A stretch of DNA of 64,000 bases, taken from contig OZ242180.1 in the NCBI GenBank assembly GCA_965205485.1, positions 672,001-736,000 of the forward strand. Reading direction: 5' to 3'. The notes below the pieces were generated by a model, which had not been told where the DNA came from, ran no database searches, and was given only the letters and a program-made list of their open reading frames with translations. The position numbers and the translations under genes are program-made. Of the stretch, positions 30,683-40,594 are shown in pieces; the stretch's first letter is position 1, and every line of letters begins with the position of its first letter. The DNA is from Candidatus Latescibacterota bacterium (GTDB taxonomy: Bacteria; Latescibacterota; UBA2968; GCA-2709665).

Positions 30683-31618
30683 ATGGTCTATATCGCTGTG
30701 ATCGTCCTGTTGATGCTCGCGGTTATATTCACTCTGACGCGTGAACGGGGAACGCGAGGTAGAGAGATTCCGGAAGGAGACGATGCACTGGCCGCAGACA
30801 TGGCGGACCTGGTGATCGAAGGCCGGAAGGAGTTCCTGCCCGTTGCCAGCCACCCGGTTTTGGAGGGTGTGCTTCGCGAATTGATGGACCGCCTGGGGAT
30901 AGAAGCAGAGCAGGTACTGGTCAATCGAGGCTTTGCGCGAACCGCGGGCGTGACACGCGTGGATGACGAAAGTACCAGAATTCTGAGGGTATTCGATCCT
31001 GCAGAAAACATGATGCAGGTTGTAGAACGGGCGTTTCTCGTGGGAATTCAGTTGGCGCGCGCCGACGATGACTACGCCGGTGTGGGCGATGACCACCTGG
31101 ACCTCGAGGCGCTGGTACGCAAGGCCGAAGCCATTGAAATGGATCTGTTCGGCGACGGGAAGCGCGATCGTTACGTATTCTACGGGAAGGCTGCCCTGGC
31201 GCTGCAGGATATGCTTCAGGATGAAAGAGAAGCCGCGCGACGGGAAGTCCTGCGAGGACTGCTGGAGATGGTCGACGCACAGATCAATGCCTGCCAGGAG
31301 GCGCTGGACAGGTCGATGGCGTACGTCCCCGAGCCGGATACGTTGAGGTGGGGCGACCGGAGGGATCGGCAGTTGTATTATTTCAAGATGGGCGTAACGA
31401 ATTCACTGAGACGAAGCGGACAGTTGGAGAGCCTGGGACATCTCTACCGGTACCGCGGGGTGAATTACGACGTCCTGGAAGCATATGACCTGGCGGCCCA
31501 GGAATGTCCGCAACTCTTCGCGGCGGATGTTATCGGGATCGATGGATTGCTGCGACTGGCGTCGGGAGAGGTCCGGGCGTTGGCGCGGAAGTCGCTGCCG
31601 GATGGCGGAAGGCGTTAG
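30683..31618 (+). CDS. Hypothetical membrane-anchored protein
   Basis: N-terminal TM helix, AAGGAG SD, helical body; no family recognised. Confidence 0.7.
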   Translation: MVYIAVIVLLMLAVIFTLTRERGTRGREIPEGDDALAADMADLVIEGRKEFLPVASHPVLEGVLRELMDRLGIEAEQVLVNRGFARTAGVTRVDDESTRILRVFDPAENMMQVVERAFLVGIQLARADDDYAGVGDDHLDLEALVRKAEAIEMDLFGDGKRDRYVFYGKAALALQDMLQDEREAARREVLRGLLEMVDAQINACQEALDRSMAYVPEPDTLRWGDRRDRQLYYFKMGVTNSLRRSGQLESLGHLYRYRGVNYDVLEAYDLAAQECPQLFAADVIGIDGLLRLASGEVRALARKSLPDGGRR

Positions 31619-31646
31619 TGTACTGTTTCGGAGTACAATGAGCGAA

Positions 31647-31678
31647 AGCCGCCACGCGTGCGTGGCGGCTCTTTTTTT
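31647..31678 (+). terminator. Intrinsic terminator (probably bidirectional)
   Basis: agccgccacg-cgtg-cgtggcggct followed by c and T7. Confidence 0.85.
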
Positions 31679-31957
31679 CTACGTTGCCCTGCGGGCATTT
31701 TCGTAATAGGGACGAACGCGTTCGATGACCTCCGTATCGAGTTTGCATTCAGACACGATTTTCGTGAACTCCTCTGCCGGCAAGCCGAGTTCCTCCAGGA
31801 ACTTCTGGTCGGCCGGTCAGGGGTAGACGTAGTCGCCGATGTTGTTCTGCAGCATCGCCCGGGCCTTGTCCGTAATCCTCGGCAGCCATGGGATGCCGCC
31901 CATCGCAAGCGTTCTGCCCCGCGGGCGGAATTCGATGGATTCGTGCATGGTATCCAT
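31679..31957 (-). CDS. DUF5069-like protein with in-frame UGA (candidate selenoprotein, Sec47)
   Basis: AGGAG SD then ATG 31957: MDTMHESIEFRPRGRTLAMGGIPWLPRITDKARAMLQNNIGDYVYP-UGA-PADQKFLEELGLPAEEFTKIVSECKLDTEVIERVRPYYENARRAT-UAG (92 aa). DUF5069-like similarity continues on both sides of the UGA (31817-31819). Confidence 0.75.
31784..31813 (-). promoter_or_regulatory. Bacterial SECIS-like hairpin
   Basis: After UGA: GCCG-(ACCAGA)-AGUUCC-UGGA-GGAACU-CGGC; the apical loop has G at position 2 and follows 19 nt after the UGA. Confidence 0.65.
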
Positions 31958-32015
31958 CTGTTCGGCTCCTTTCCGAATGGTTGTTGGACAATTTAAAGAA
32001 TACAGGCAACACCGT

Positions 32016-32627
32016 TCAAATGCAAGTCGATATTGACGTCAGGGGCTCACTCTGCCCCGCGCGTTTTTGGTAGATGGACAATGAAGTGCCGCCGTAGGTC
32101 TTCCTGACGTTCAGTGAAAGGCGTTGGCCAGTGTCGGGCATGTCAAGGTCTGCAGCGTGTTGAATGAGGATATGGGCGGAAGAAGCAACGAGGTCCGATC
32201 CGCTCAGGCGGAAGAGTACAGACCGTGCCGCAGGAACGCCGTTCAGTTTCAGCTGGTACGGAGGGTCAACGTAAATGACATCGAAAGGCCGTTGTTCAGA
32301 CTCCAGCAGCGGCAGGAGTCTTTCCGCACGATGGTTCGTGAGGCGGACCTGTTTTTCAGCCCCCCATTCCTTCAGCAGTCTCGAAATAGAGCCGTGCCTG
32401 CGACGATCCGGTTCATTCAGAAGCACGCGTGCCCCGCGGCTGTACGCCTCGAGGCCGATCTGGCCTGAACAGGAAAACAGATCGAGAAAACGAAGATGAT
32501 CGAGCCTGGCGCCCAGAATGTTGAATGCGGCCTCTTTGATCCTTGACGGCGTTACGCGGGCGTTACCGTGTTTTCTGACGTCAAAGGGGATGGTCCGGCC
32601 CTTGAATTTGCCGGTGATAATGCGCAT
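32016..32627 (-). CDS. rsmD: 16S rRNA m2G966 methyltransferase RsmD family
   Basis: MRIITGKFKGR, FLDLFSCSGQIGLEA.SRGA, FDVIYVDPPY, YG.T. Confidence 0.85.
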   Translation of the reverse strand: MRIITGKFKGRTIPFDVRKHGNARVTPSRIKEAAFNILGARLDHLRFLDLFSCSGQIGLEAYSRGARVLLNEPDRRRHGSISRLLKEWGAEKQVRLTNHRAERLLPLLESEQRPFDVIYVDPPYQLKLNGVPAARSVLFRLSGSDLVASSAHILIQHAADLDMPDTGQRLSLNVRKTYGGTSLSIYQKRAGQSEPLTSISTCI

Positions 32628-32703
32628 GAGAAAGAAAGAAGCGAATGAGTCGGATGACGGTGGCGGTATCGCGGGCGGTCAGTGAGTCATGGACGGCCGC
32701 ACC

Positions 32704-35700
32704 TTAAAACCCCTCCAGTCTGCTCAGGTCCGCAACGCCGTCGGCGAGAGAAGCGATACGCTGAACCAGTGCCAGGCGCGCCTGGCGAAGTACCGGATCT
32801 TCATCCATAACCAGGACATCCTCGAAGAAGCGGTTGATCGGACCGCGAAGGTCGGCCAGCACGATTCCAAGGGTACCGATTCCGTCATCCGAAGTGTCCA
32901 TTAAGCGTTGGGCCGATTCCCATTTCAGATGCAGGGCCCGCGAGGAAGGGTGCGGGTCTGCCTCAGGATTCAGGGAACAGGATTCATCCAGGTCGCGAAC
33001 GATGCGCTTGCATCTGGCGTATGCATGGAGCGTTTCCGTCCAGTTCTCCGAACGGGCCATCTGATCGAGTCCTTCCACAGTGGTCCGGATCCCGAAGGGG
33101 TCGTCGCATCCGCCCCCAAGCGCCGCCTCGACGACGTCATGTCGAAAACCTTCCTCTTTGAGCTGTACGCCCAGACGTCGCAGGATGAACGTATACGCTT
33201 CGTCCAAGCGATTGGCATCAACCCGGATTGGAAGCCCGGCTGCGGCGGCCTTCAGACCCTTCTTCAGTGAAAAGTGACGACGTTTCCCGACAAGGAGCGC
33301 CAACAGGCCCAGCGCATCCCGACGCAACCCGTAGGGGTCGGCGGTCGACCGGGGTTTGATTCCGGCGCAGAACAGGCCGGCCAGGCTGTCCAGCCGGTCG
33401 GCGATGGAGACCGCGAACCCGGATTCGCCTGAAGGCAGCATATCGCCGGGAAACCGGGGAAGGTAGTGTTCCTGGATGGCTGTCGCCACTTCATCGGTCT
33501 CCTTCGACAACAAGGCGTAGTACCGGCCCATCACGCCCTGAAGGGACGTCATCTCCACGACCATACCGGTGGCCAGATCGGCTTTGCACAGGCGGGCGGC
33601 CCGTTTGGCCGTGGTCATATCCCCTTCCTTGAGGTCCAGAAACGACCCGACGACAGGAAGCAGTTGCTCGACTCGAACGCTCTTGTCCCTCACGGAGCCC
33701 AGTTCTTCCTGGAACGTGAGCGTATCCAGACGCGGCAGGTAGTCCTCCAGGGCTTTCTTGCCGTCTTCCCTGTAGAAGAAGGCGGCGTCCGCATATCTGG
33801 CGCGAACAACATTCTCGTTCCCCCTGACGACTGGATCGGGATCGGTCGGCCGGCCGTTGGACACGGCCACGAACCAGGGCAGCAGCCGACCTGTTTCCGG
33901 GTGCGCCACGGGAAAGCAGCGCTGGTGCTTTTTAAGTACGGTGACCAGGACCTCTTCGGGAAGTTCGAGATGCGATTCGTCGAAACCGCCGCGCAGCGCG
34001 AAAGGCGCTTCGACCAGGTCGGTCACTTCGTCGAGCAGTTCGGGATCTTCCGGAACGCTGCCGCCGACCTCGCGCGCGCGCTCGAGTACCTGATTCCGTA
34101 TGGTTTCCCTTCGCCGTTCGCGGTTGACGATCAGGCCCAGTTCTTCCATCTGCGGGCGATAGGCATCGGCGGACGACAACTGAACGGGCGGGTCGCCATC
34201 GGGCCTCAATCCGTGGCTGGTACGTCCACTCCGGATCCCTGCGAATGGAAACGATATTATCCGGCTTCCGAAAAGGGCGACAATCCAGCGCAGAGGACGG
34301 GGATAGGCGAACCCGTCGGAGTCCCAGCGCATCGTCTTGGGAAAGTTCAATCCGGCGATCAGCCCCGGAAGGAGTTCGGTCAGGACGTCCGGCGTCTCAA
34401 GTCCGGGTTCGTGGCGCCGTGCATAGACATATTCAACGCCCTTGTCGTCTTTCCTGTGTTCAACCGCACAGGTAGAGATGCCCTGACCGCGGCAGAACCC
34501 TTCCAGAGCCCGTGTCGGTTTGCCGTCGTCGTCGAAAGCGGCCCTGACAGCCGGACCGCGTACCTCGCGTTCCCGGTCCGGCTGGCGTCCCTGTAGATTC
34601 CTGACGCGTGCCACAAGCCGTCTGGGCGTGCCCGTTACTTCGATTTCGTCACAGCCAAGCCTCTGTTCCCGAAGAAGCTCGGGAAGGGACCGTTCGAGTT
34701 GCTCGATGCCGGACCGCACGTCATTGGGCGGCAGCTCTTCGGACCCGATCTCCAGAAGCAGGTCGGCGCGCTCCTGTGAACCATCGCCCCGATCGGGTTT
34801 CGGGGCGTCCGCCTCACCGGTTTTCCTGATGAGGGGGTGGCCTGACGCTTCACGCTGTTTTAAAAACCCCTCGGCGACCTGCCTCGCGAGGTCGCGGATC
34901 CGGGCGAAGTACCGCGCACGCTCGGTTACGCCGACGGCGCCACGGGTGTCGAGCAGGTTGAAGGTGTGAGAGCAGCGCAATACGTAGTCATGTGCGGGAA
35001 TCACGAGTCCGCGGTCTATAGCGGCTTTCGCTTCATCATGGAACAGATCGAACATGGACTGCAGGCGCCCGACGTCCGCGTGGTGGAACTCGTAATTGCA
35101 ATACTCCACTTCCTGCTGCCGGAGAATGTCGCCGTAGGAGACCCGTTCGTTCCAGCGGAGTTGCCAGACTTCGCGGACGTCCTGCACGTACATGGCGATA
35201 CGTTCCATGCCGTAGGTGATCTCCACGGGTACCGGGTCGAGCTGCTGGCCTCCGGCCTGCTGGAAATACGTGAACTGGGTGATTTCCAGGCCGTCTAGCC
35301 AGACCTCCCAGCCCAGGCCCCACGCACCCAGGCCGGGCGATTCCCAGTTGTCCTCGACGAAACGGATGTCGTGGCGCCTCCGGTTGAGACCCAACGCCTC
35401 CAGGCTGTCCAGGTAGAGTTCCTGGGGGTTGCCCGGCTCGGGCTTGAGAACAACCTGGTACTGCGTGTGCATCTGCATCCTGTTCGGGTTCTCGCCGAAT
35501 CGACCGTCGTCGGGTCGAAAGCTGGGTTCGACGTAGGCCACGTTCCAGGGCTCCGGCCCCAGCACCCGAAGTGCGGTACCCGGGTTCCATGTACCCGCGC
35601 CCACCTTTTCGCTGAGCGGCTGCCAGATAACACAACCGTGATCCGCCCAGAATCGTTCGAGGCGAAGAATGAGTTCCTGGAAACTCGGTGCGGCCTTCAC
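32704..35700 (-). CDS. glyQS: Glycine--tRNA ligase, fused alpha+beta subunits
   Basis: Alpha motifs ([36 protein letters not shown]) continue in one ORF into beta motifs ([28 protein letters not shown]). GTG 35700 has a purine-rich SD; track start is 35748. Confidence 0.95.
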   Translation of the reverse strand: MKAAPSFQELILRLERFWADHGCVIWQPLSEKVGAGTWNPGTALRVLGPEPWNVAYVEPSFRPDDGRFGENPNRMQMHTQYQVVLKPEPGNPQELYLDSLEALGLNRRRHDIRFVEDNWESPGLGAWGLGWEVWLDGLEITQFTYFQQAGGQQLDPVPVEITYGMERIAMYVQDVREVWQLRWNERVSYGDILRQQEVEYCNYEFHHADVGRLQSMFDLFHDEAKAAIDRGLVIPAHDYVLRCSHTFNLLDTRGAVGVTERARYFARIRDLARQVAEGFLKQREASGHPLIRKTGEADAPKPDRGDGSQERADLLLEIGSEELPPNDVRSGIEQLERSLPELLREQRLGCDEIEVTGTPRRLVARVRNLQGRQPDREREVRGPAVRAAFDDDGKPTRALEGFCRGQGISTCAVEHRKDDKGVEYVYARRHEPGLETPDVLTELLPGLIAGLNFPKTMRWDSDGFAYPRPLRWIVALFGSRIISFPFAGIRSGRTSHGLRPDGDPPVQLSSADAYRPQMEELGLIVNRERRRETIRNQVLERAREVGGSVPEDPELLDEVTDLVEAPFALRGGFDESHLELPEEVLVTVLKKHQRCFPVAHPETGRLLPWFVAVSNGRPTDPDPVVRGNENVVRARYADAAFFYREDGKKALEDYLPRLDTLTFQEELGSVRDKSVRVEQLLPVVGSFLDLKEGDMTTAKRAARLCKADLATGMVVEMTSLQGVMGRYYALLSKETDEVATAIQEHYLPRFPGDMLPSGESGFAVSIADRLDSLAGLFCAGIKPRSTADPYGLRRDALGLLALLVGKRRHFSLKKGLKAAAAGLPIRVDANRLDEAYTFILRRLGVQLKEEGFRHDVVEAALGGGCDDPFGIRTTVEGLDQMARSENWTETLHAYARCKRIVRDLDESCSLNPEADPHPSSRALHLKWESAQRLMDTSDDGIGTLGIVLADLRGPINRFFEDVLVMDEDPVLRQARLALVQRIASLADGVADLSRLEGF

Positions 35701-35749
35701 GGGCCTTTTCCTTTCCGTGTTCCCGGCGGACGATTTCCAAATGGGCAAT

Positions 35750-36952
35750 CTAACCTGTCCCCGAGATCCGCTCGATGGGTGTTGTGGAAACTCTGGCCTT
35801 TACGTTTTTCTGTATCTGCTTGATGGTCCGCTCGACGTTCCGGACTTTTTTTCTGCTGTCGTGAACGCCAACCGTAAGGTCCATCCGGCGGGTCTCGCCG
35901 GCGCTGAGGCTGACGACCCGGCCCTGTTTGCGCTCGAAAGGCTTCGGGTTTGGGTAATTGGTGGCCGGTTCCAGGCCCGTGACGTATCCGTCTTCGCTAG
36001 CGGCGGTATTCTTCCACAGCGTAAAGCAGGGCAACTGGTTGAGCGAGCAGCGCAGACTGGAACCCAGGTTTCCTTTGGCATTCTTGAGCAAGACCGCCGT
36101 CTGTCCGCTGCCCCGCTTTCCCGCCAGTTCGTAAAAGAAGACCTGTTCGACAAAGCCGGATTCCGGCGCCCCGAACTTGCCGTATGTGGAGGCCCCCTTC
36201 CGCGCCGTGGCGTCTCTCGGAGATACGGACTTCACGGGCGCCACAAGGGCGCTGCCCTCTTCCAGCAGCGGAGGGCCGAAATTGCAGTGGTATAACATCT
36301 GCATCTCGGCGGGTTTGTTGTTGAGATTGGTAATCCGATCTGAAATGGTAAAGCAGTTGGAGCCGGGCTCCGTGGAAATGTGCGTGGTCAACCGCAGCGC
36401 GGGGCCGAACATCATGGCTTCGTCCACAACGCCGACCACGGTGATGCGATGCGGCGGAGACATGTCGATGCGTACCTCGACGTGACGCGCGGGGATGTTC
36501 GCGATCTTCCCGTGTAGCGGAAGGAATACCGTCGCCTCGTTTCCGTTGTTGTCGATGACAACGTCGTTCGTCGGCGCGCCGTTGCTCTCCATGCCGCAGC
36601 GAACGATCCATTCGTTGAAGCCCTTCAGCCAGCCGAGTCCGCCCCGGTCGTTCGCATCGACGTGGGCCGGATGGACCAGGTCGCGAACCGGGGATTCCCA
36701 GCCGAGAGGGATACCCCGGTACACGCCCTTCCAAATCCCCATTCCGCGGGTCGGGACGATGGTGAACGAGAAAGCGCCGTTGTCCAATTCAACCAGGTCG
36801 ATACCCGCCTGCAGGCCGCCGTGAAGGGTTTTCTTTTTAACGCTCCACGCATACCCGGTCCCCAGGGAGAGGGTTTCCTCATCCACGCATCCGGACTCGA
36901 CCCATTGGCCGCGATCCACGTCGGTCAGCACGTAACGAAACACGCCGCCCAT
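35750..36952 (-). CDS. Aldose 1-epimerase-like protein (DUF4432)
   Basis: [50 protein letters not shown]. Confidence 0.85.
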   Translation of the reverse strand: MGGVFRYVLTDVDRGQWVESGCVDEETLSLGTGYAWSVKKKTLHGGLQAGIDLVELDNGAFSFTIVPTRGMGIWKGVYRGIPLGWESPVRDLVHPAHVDANDRGGLGWLKGFNEWIVRCGMESNGAPTNDVVIDNNGNEATVFLPLHGKIANIPARHVEVRIDMSPPHRITVVGVVDEAMMFGPALRLTTHISTEPGSNCFTISDRITNLNNKPAEMQMLYHCNFGPPLLEEGSALVAPVKSVSPRDATARKGASTYGKFGAPESGFVEQVFFYELAGKRGSGQTAVLLKNAKGNLGSSLRCSLNQLPCFTLWKNTAASEDGYVTGLEPATNYPNPKPFERKQGRVVSLSAGETRRMDLTVGVHDSRKKVRNVERTIKQIQKNVKARVSTTPIERISGTG

Positions 36953-37148
36953 GTAGAACTCCTTGAATAATAGGAGGTTGTAATACAAGACGTGCCTGAA
37001 GCCCAGAGGCCGAAATATACTGTACACCTGACTGCGTGTCAATGAAAGAAGCCTTCCGATACCCGTCCGGATACGGTCGCACGGCTTCCTCCGCCCGGGC
37101 CGACCGACGATTTTCGAGTATCGGATTCACTTTGATTTTCCGGTATAC

Positions 37149-37177
37149 TTGACAATCCCTACGCCGGTCTTTAGCAT
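37149..37177 (+). promoter_or_regulatory. Putative sigma70 promoter of the Mur ligase operon
   Basis: TTGACA-N17-TAGCAT. Confidence 0.55.
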
Positions 37178-37203
37178 GGTGTCAATCCGCGCGTTGGTTG
37201 TAA

Positions 37204-37364
37204 GAAGCTGTTTTAAAATTCCTGGTGAGTCCCGAGCGCGAGCGAAAATGTGTCGGTCAAGGCGGGCAAATTCGCCCATATTTGGGTATACGGGTGGATT
37301 TGACCAACGCAGACCGACGCTTTTGCAGCCGCGCGAAGACCGCTGGGGGTTTTAAGACAGCTTC
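37204..37364. mobile_element. MITE (161 bp) with terminal inverted repeats and TAA target duplication
   Basis: taa|gaagctgttttaaaa ... ttttaagacagcttc|taa; a partial second copy lies at 17121-17192. Confidence 0.8.
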
Positions 37365-37383
37365 TAAGGTGAAAGGAGAGGAC

Positions 37384-38748
37384 GTGGCGGCCCTCAAGAC
37401 GGTTTTTTTCTGCGGCATCGGGGGAAGCGGTATGAGCGCGCTGGCGCAGGTGTTGCGCCATCAGGGAATTGCGGTGAGAGGGTCCGACCGTCGCCGGGAC
37501 AACGGCCAGAGTACGGAGCTGTTTGAGAGACTCCGCGCCGATGGCATCGCGTTGTTCCCGCAGGACGGGTCTGGTGTTGACGATTCCGTGGACGAGCTGA
37601 TCGTGTCTGCCGCGGTGGAGGAACATGTCCCCGACGTGCGCGCCGCACTGCGACGGGCGATTCCGGTGCGAAAGCGCGCGGAAGTGTTGGCCGAACTGTT
37701 CAACAGGGCCGAGGGCGTAGCCGTTGGCGGCACGAGTGGAAAGACGACTGTTGCCGGCATGATCGGCCATATCCTGAAGCAGGCGGGCCGAAACCCTACC
37801 GCGATTCTAGGGGGTTCGCTGCTGAACGACGCGTCACCGCTGTCGGGCAACGCCATCTGCGGCGACTCCGGTCTGCAGGTAATCGAGGCGGATGAGAGCG
37901 ACGGTACGATTGTCCTGTACGAACCTTCAATTTCGGTCCTGACCAATATTTCGCTGGACCACAAGCCATTACGGGAACTGCGCGAGATGTTTCTTGAGTT
38001 TGTCCAAAAGGCCCGTCGGGCGGCCGTGATCAATATGGATTGCGAGCGATCCGCGGCGCTCGACGTGGAGAGGATCGGTTTTGGCGTGGACAATTGCCGC
38101 GCACAGGTCTGCGCTGGAAATGTACGGCCTCTGGCGGATGGCGTGGCGTTTGACGTCAGCGGGACCCGCTTTCGCCTGATGGTGCCCGGCAGGCACAATG
38201 TTTCGAATGCCCTCGCGGCAGCGGCCGCCTGCTCGGCATTGGATGTTCCCCTGGCGCAAACGGCCGACGCCCTGGCGACTTTCCCGGGTATCCGACGGCG
38301 CCTGCAGGTACTGGGTACCGCGGGCGGCGTGACGGTGATCGACGATTTCGCACACAACCCCGACAAGATTGCGGCCACGCTCTCCACGCTCAAGGAACTG
38401 CCCGGAAGGCTGCTGGTGATGTTCCAGCCAACCGGATTCTCGCCGACACGGTTCCTGAAGGACGGGCTGATCGCGGCTTTTTCAACGGGGCTGGAGTGTG
38501 GAGACGTGCTTGCGATGCCGGAGATTTTCTATGCAGGCGGAACCGCGGTGCGTGATATTTCGTCGCGGGATCTGGTCGAAGCGATCTCAGGTCAGGGCGT
38601 TAATGCGGTGTTTTTCAACACGCGAACGGAAATCGCGCGCTGGTTCACTGAAGTAGCGCGACCCGGTGACCGGGTGGTCATCATGGGCGCGCGTGACGAC
38701 ACGCTGACCGATTTCGCCAACGGGATATTGAGGTCATTGGCCTCCTGA
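37384..38748 (+). CDS. MurC/Mpl-like UDP-MurNAc-peptide ligase
   Basis: GIGGSGMSALA, GTSGKTT, EADESDG, LDH, RRLQ, DDFAHNP; outside a dcw cluster and next to an LD-carboxypeptidase. Confidence 0.88.
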   Translation: MAALKTVFFCGIGGSGMSALAQVLRHQGIAVRGSDRRRDNGQSTELFERLRADGIALFPQDGSGVDDSVDELIVSAAVEEHVPDVRAALRRAIPVRKRAEVLAELFNRAEGVAVGGTSGKTTVAGMIGHILKQAGRNPTAILGGSLLNDASPLSGNAICGDSGLQVIEADESDGTIVLYEPSISVLTNISLDHKPLRELREMFLEFVQKARRAAVINMDCERSAALDVERIGFGVDNCRAQVCAGNVRPLADGVAFDVSGTRFRLMVPGRHNVSNALAAAAACSALDVPLAQTADALATFPGIRRRLQVLGTAGGVTVIDDFAHNPDKIAATLSTLKELPGRLLVMFQPTGFSPTRFLKDGLIAAFSTGLECGDVLAMPEIFYAGGTAVRDISSRDLVEAISGQGVNAVFFNTRTEIARWFTEVARPGDRVVIMGARDDTLTDFANGILRSLAS

Positions 38749-38803
38749 AGTCCCACGCGCGTCGCCGATTTAACGTCATTTGATCTGGATTCTGGAGTGT
38801 TCA

Positions 38804-39706
38804 TTGATTGTTCCGCCGAATATACAGTCTGGCGACCTGATCGGCATCGTGTCGCCATCCGGATCGTTCGAACGGAAACGATTGCGTCCGGGCCTTTCGT
38901 ATCTCCGGAAGAGGGGCTTCCGGGTGCGGGTCGGAACGGCGGTTTACCGCCGGGATCGGTACCTCGCGGGACAGGATCTCGATCGCGCGAAGGATCTGAA
39001 CGCCATGTTCGCCGACCCCGAGGTCCGGGCCGTCTTTGCGGCTCGGGGGGGATTCGGTGCGGCGCGGGTACTCGGGTCTCTGGACTATGGGACAATCCGC
39101 GAATGTCCGAAGCCCCTGGTGGGGTTCAGCGATACGACCGCGCTGCAATTGGGGATTCACAATCGCACGGGGATGGTGAGTTACTCCGGCGTGACGTTGT
39201 GTGGTGACGTTACGGCCTCCGGAATGCCGGAAGCAACGGAAACGTCTCTGTGGAACGCGCTCATGCGGGGGCAATTTGACGACATGGCCGGCGTCACGGC
39301 GCTGAGAGGGCGGGGCGCGGAAGGGACGTTGCTGGGCGGTTGTCTCTCGGTTATCGCGTCGCTTTTGGGTACAGGATATCTTCCGGATACGAGTGGCGCT
39401 CTTCTCTTTCTGGAAGACGTGAACGAAGCCCCCTACCGGGTTGACCGCATGCTGACGCAGCTCCGGATGGCGGGCGCGTTCGACCGCGTGGCCGGCCTGG
39501 TGTTCGGGCAGTTTGAAGGTTGCGAGCCGGAACGGGAGGAGGAAGGTACAGTGGACGACGTTCTCCGCGATTTTTCAACTTCAGTCTCCGCCCCGGTCTT
39601 TTGGGGCCTGCCCTATGGGCACGGCGAGGGACGGCGCGTGCTGCCGATCGGCCTCCGGGCCATAGTGGACGGAAGCCGGGGGACGTTGACAATCGAATCT
39701 CAATGA
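38804..39706 (+). CDS. LD-carboxypeptidase (S66, LdcA-like)
   Basis: ARGGFG, GFSDTT, GGCLS, LEDVNE, YGHG. Confidence 0.92.
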   Translation: MIVPPNIQSGDLIGIVSPSGSFERKRLRPGLSYLRKRGFRVRVGTAVYRRDRYLAGQDLDRAKDLNAMFADPEVRAVFAARGGFGAARVLGSLDYGTIRECPKPLVGFSDTTALQLGIHNRTGMVSYSGVTLCGDVTASGMPEATETSLWNALMRGQFDDMAGVTALRGRGAEGTLLGGCLSVIASLLGTGYLPDTSGALLFLEDVNEAPYRVDRMLTQLRMAGAFDRVAGLVFGQFEGCEPEREEEGTVDDVLRDFSTSVSAPVFWGLPYGHGEGRRVLPIGLRAIVDGSRGTLTIESQ

Positions 39707-39718
39707 AGGTCCGCTCTC

Positions 39719-40567
39719 ATGACGTCAGGGATGACTTGCTTGCGTCGGCTGATTACGGTCTGCCTGGTTGGATCGATGGCGTCGTGCGCGACGATCGGCC
39801 GCATCAATGTATTGAGCACGGAACAGGAAGTAGAAATCGGCCGGGAGGCGGCTCAGGAGATCGAGCGGGACCTCAGGCTCTACAACGATCCCGCCGTGAC
39901 GGCGTACGTCAACGAGCTTGGTCAGACGCTTGCGGGGTACTCCAGTCGTTCCGGTCTGACGTACTATTTCAAAGTCGTGGATTCTGACGAGGTAAACGCA
40001 TTCGCGCTTCCGGGCGGCTGGCTGTACGTGAATCGTGGGCTGATCACAACCGCTGAGAACGAATCGGAACTGGCGGGGGTTATCGGCCACGAAATCGGCC
40101 ACGTAGACAGGAAACACGGCGCCAGGGCCATCAGCCGCCAGTTCGGCGCCGCCGTCATTGTTGAAGCGACCCTGGGCGGAGAGAACGCGTCTGTGCGACG
40201 GCAGGTGCTAAGGCAGGTCGTTGCCGTTTCAACCGGAATTGGACAGTTGAATTATGGTCGGGACGCCGAGCGGGAAGCGGACCGGTTCGCCGTGGAATCA
40301 ACATACGCTACGGGGATCGATCCGGAAGGGACGGCCACCTTTTTCGAAAAGCTGATGGCGATGCAGAAGAAAGAACCCGGACGGCTGGGGCGTCTGTTTT
40401 CCACCCACCCTCCCAGCCGGGAGCGGGTTGAGAATGTGCGGGCACAGATCGGCGGGCTGCCTCCCAAAGCAGGTTTGACGAAGGACTCAAGTCGGTTTCA
40501 GGCAATTAAAGAGAGAATCTTAAAACGCGAGCGGATACGGCGCGGGCAGGAAAGGCGGCGACGATAA
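39719..40567 (+). CDS. M48 family metalloprotease lipoprotein (BepA/YfgC-like core)
   Basis: Lipobox MASC, NAFALPGG, HEIGH, E.EAD, STHP. Confidence 0.9.
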   Translation: MTSGMTCLRRLITVCLVGSMASCATIGRINVLSTEQEVEIGREAAQEIERDLRLYNDPAVTAYVNELGQTLAGYSSRSGLTYYFKVVDSDEVNAFALPGGWLYVNRGLITTAENESELAGVIGHEIGHVDRKHGARAISRQFGAAVIVEATLGGENASVRRQVLRQVVAVSTGIGQLNYGRDAEREADRFAVESTYATGIDPEGTATFFEKLMAMQKKEPGRLGRLFSTHPPSRERVENVRAQIGGLPPKAGLTKDSSRFQAIKERILKRERIRRGQERRRR

Positions 40568-40594
40568 CAATACGGACCGGGCCACGGGTCGTAT

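Noticed and set aside
31615..32073. Track ORFs 31615-31908, 31658-31996, 31749-32012 and 31888-32073
   Set aside because: No SD or family signal; the region is better explained by the UGA-containing DUF5069-like frame.
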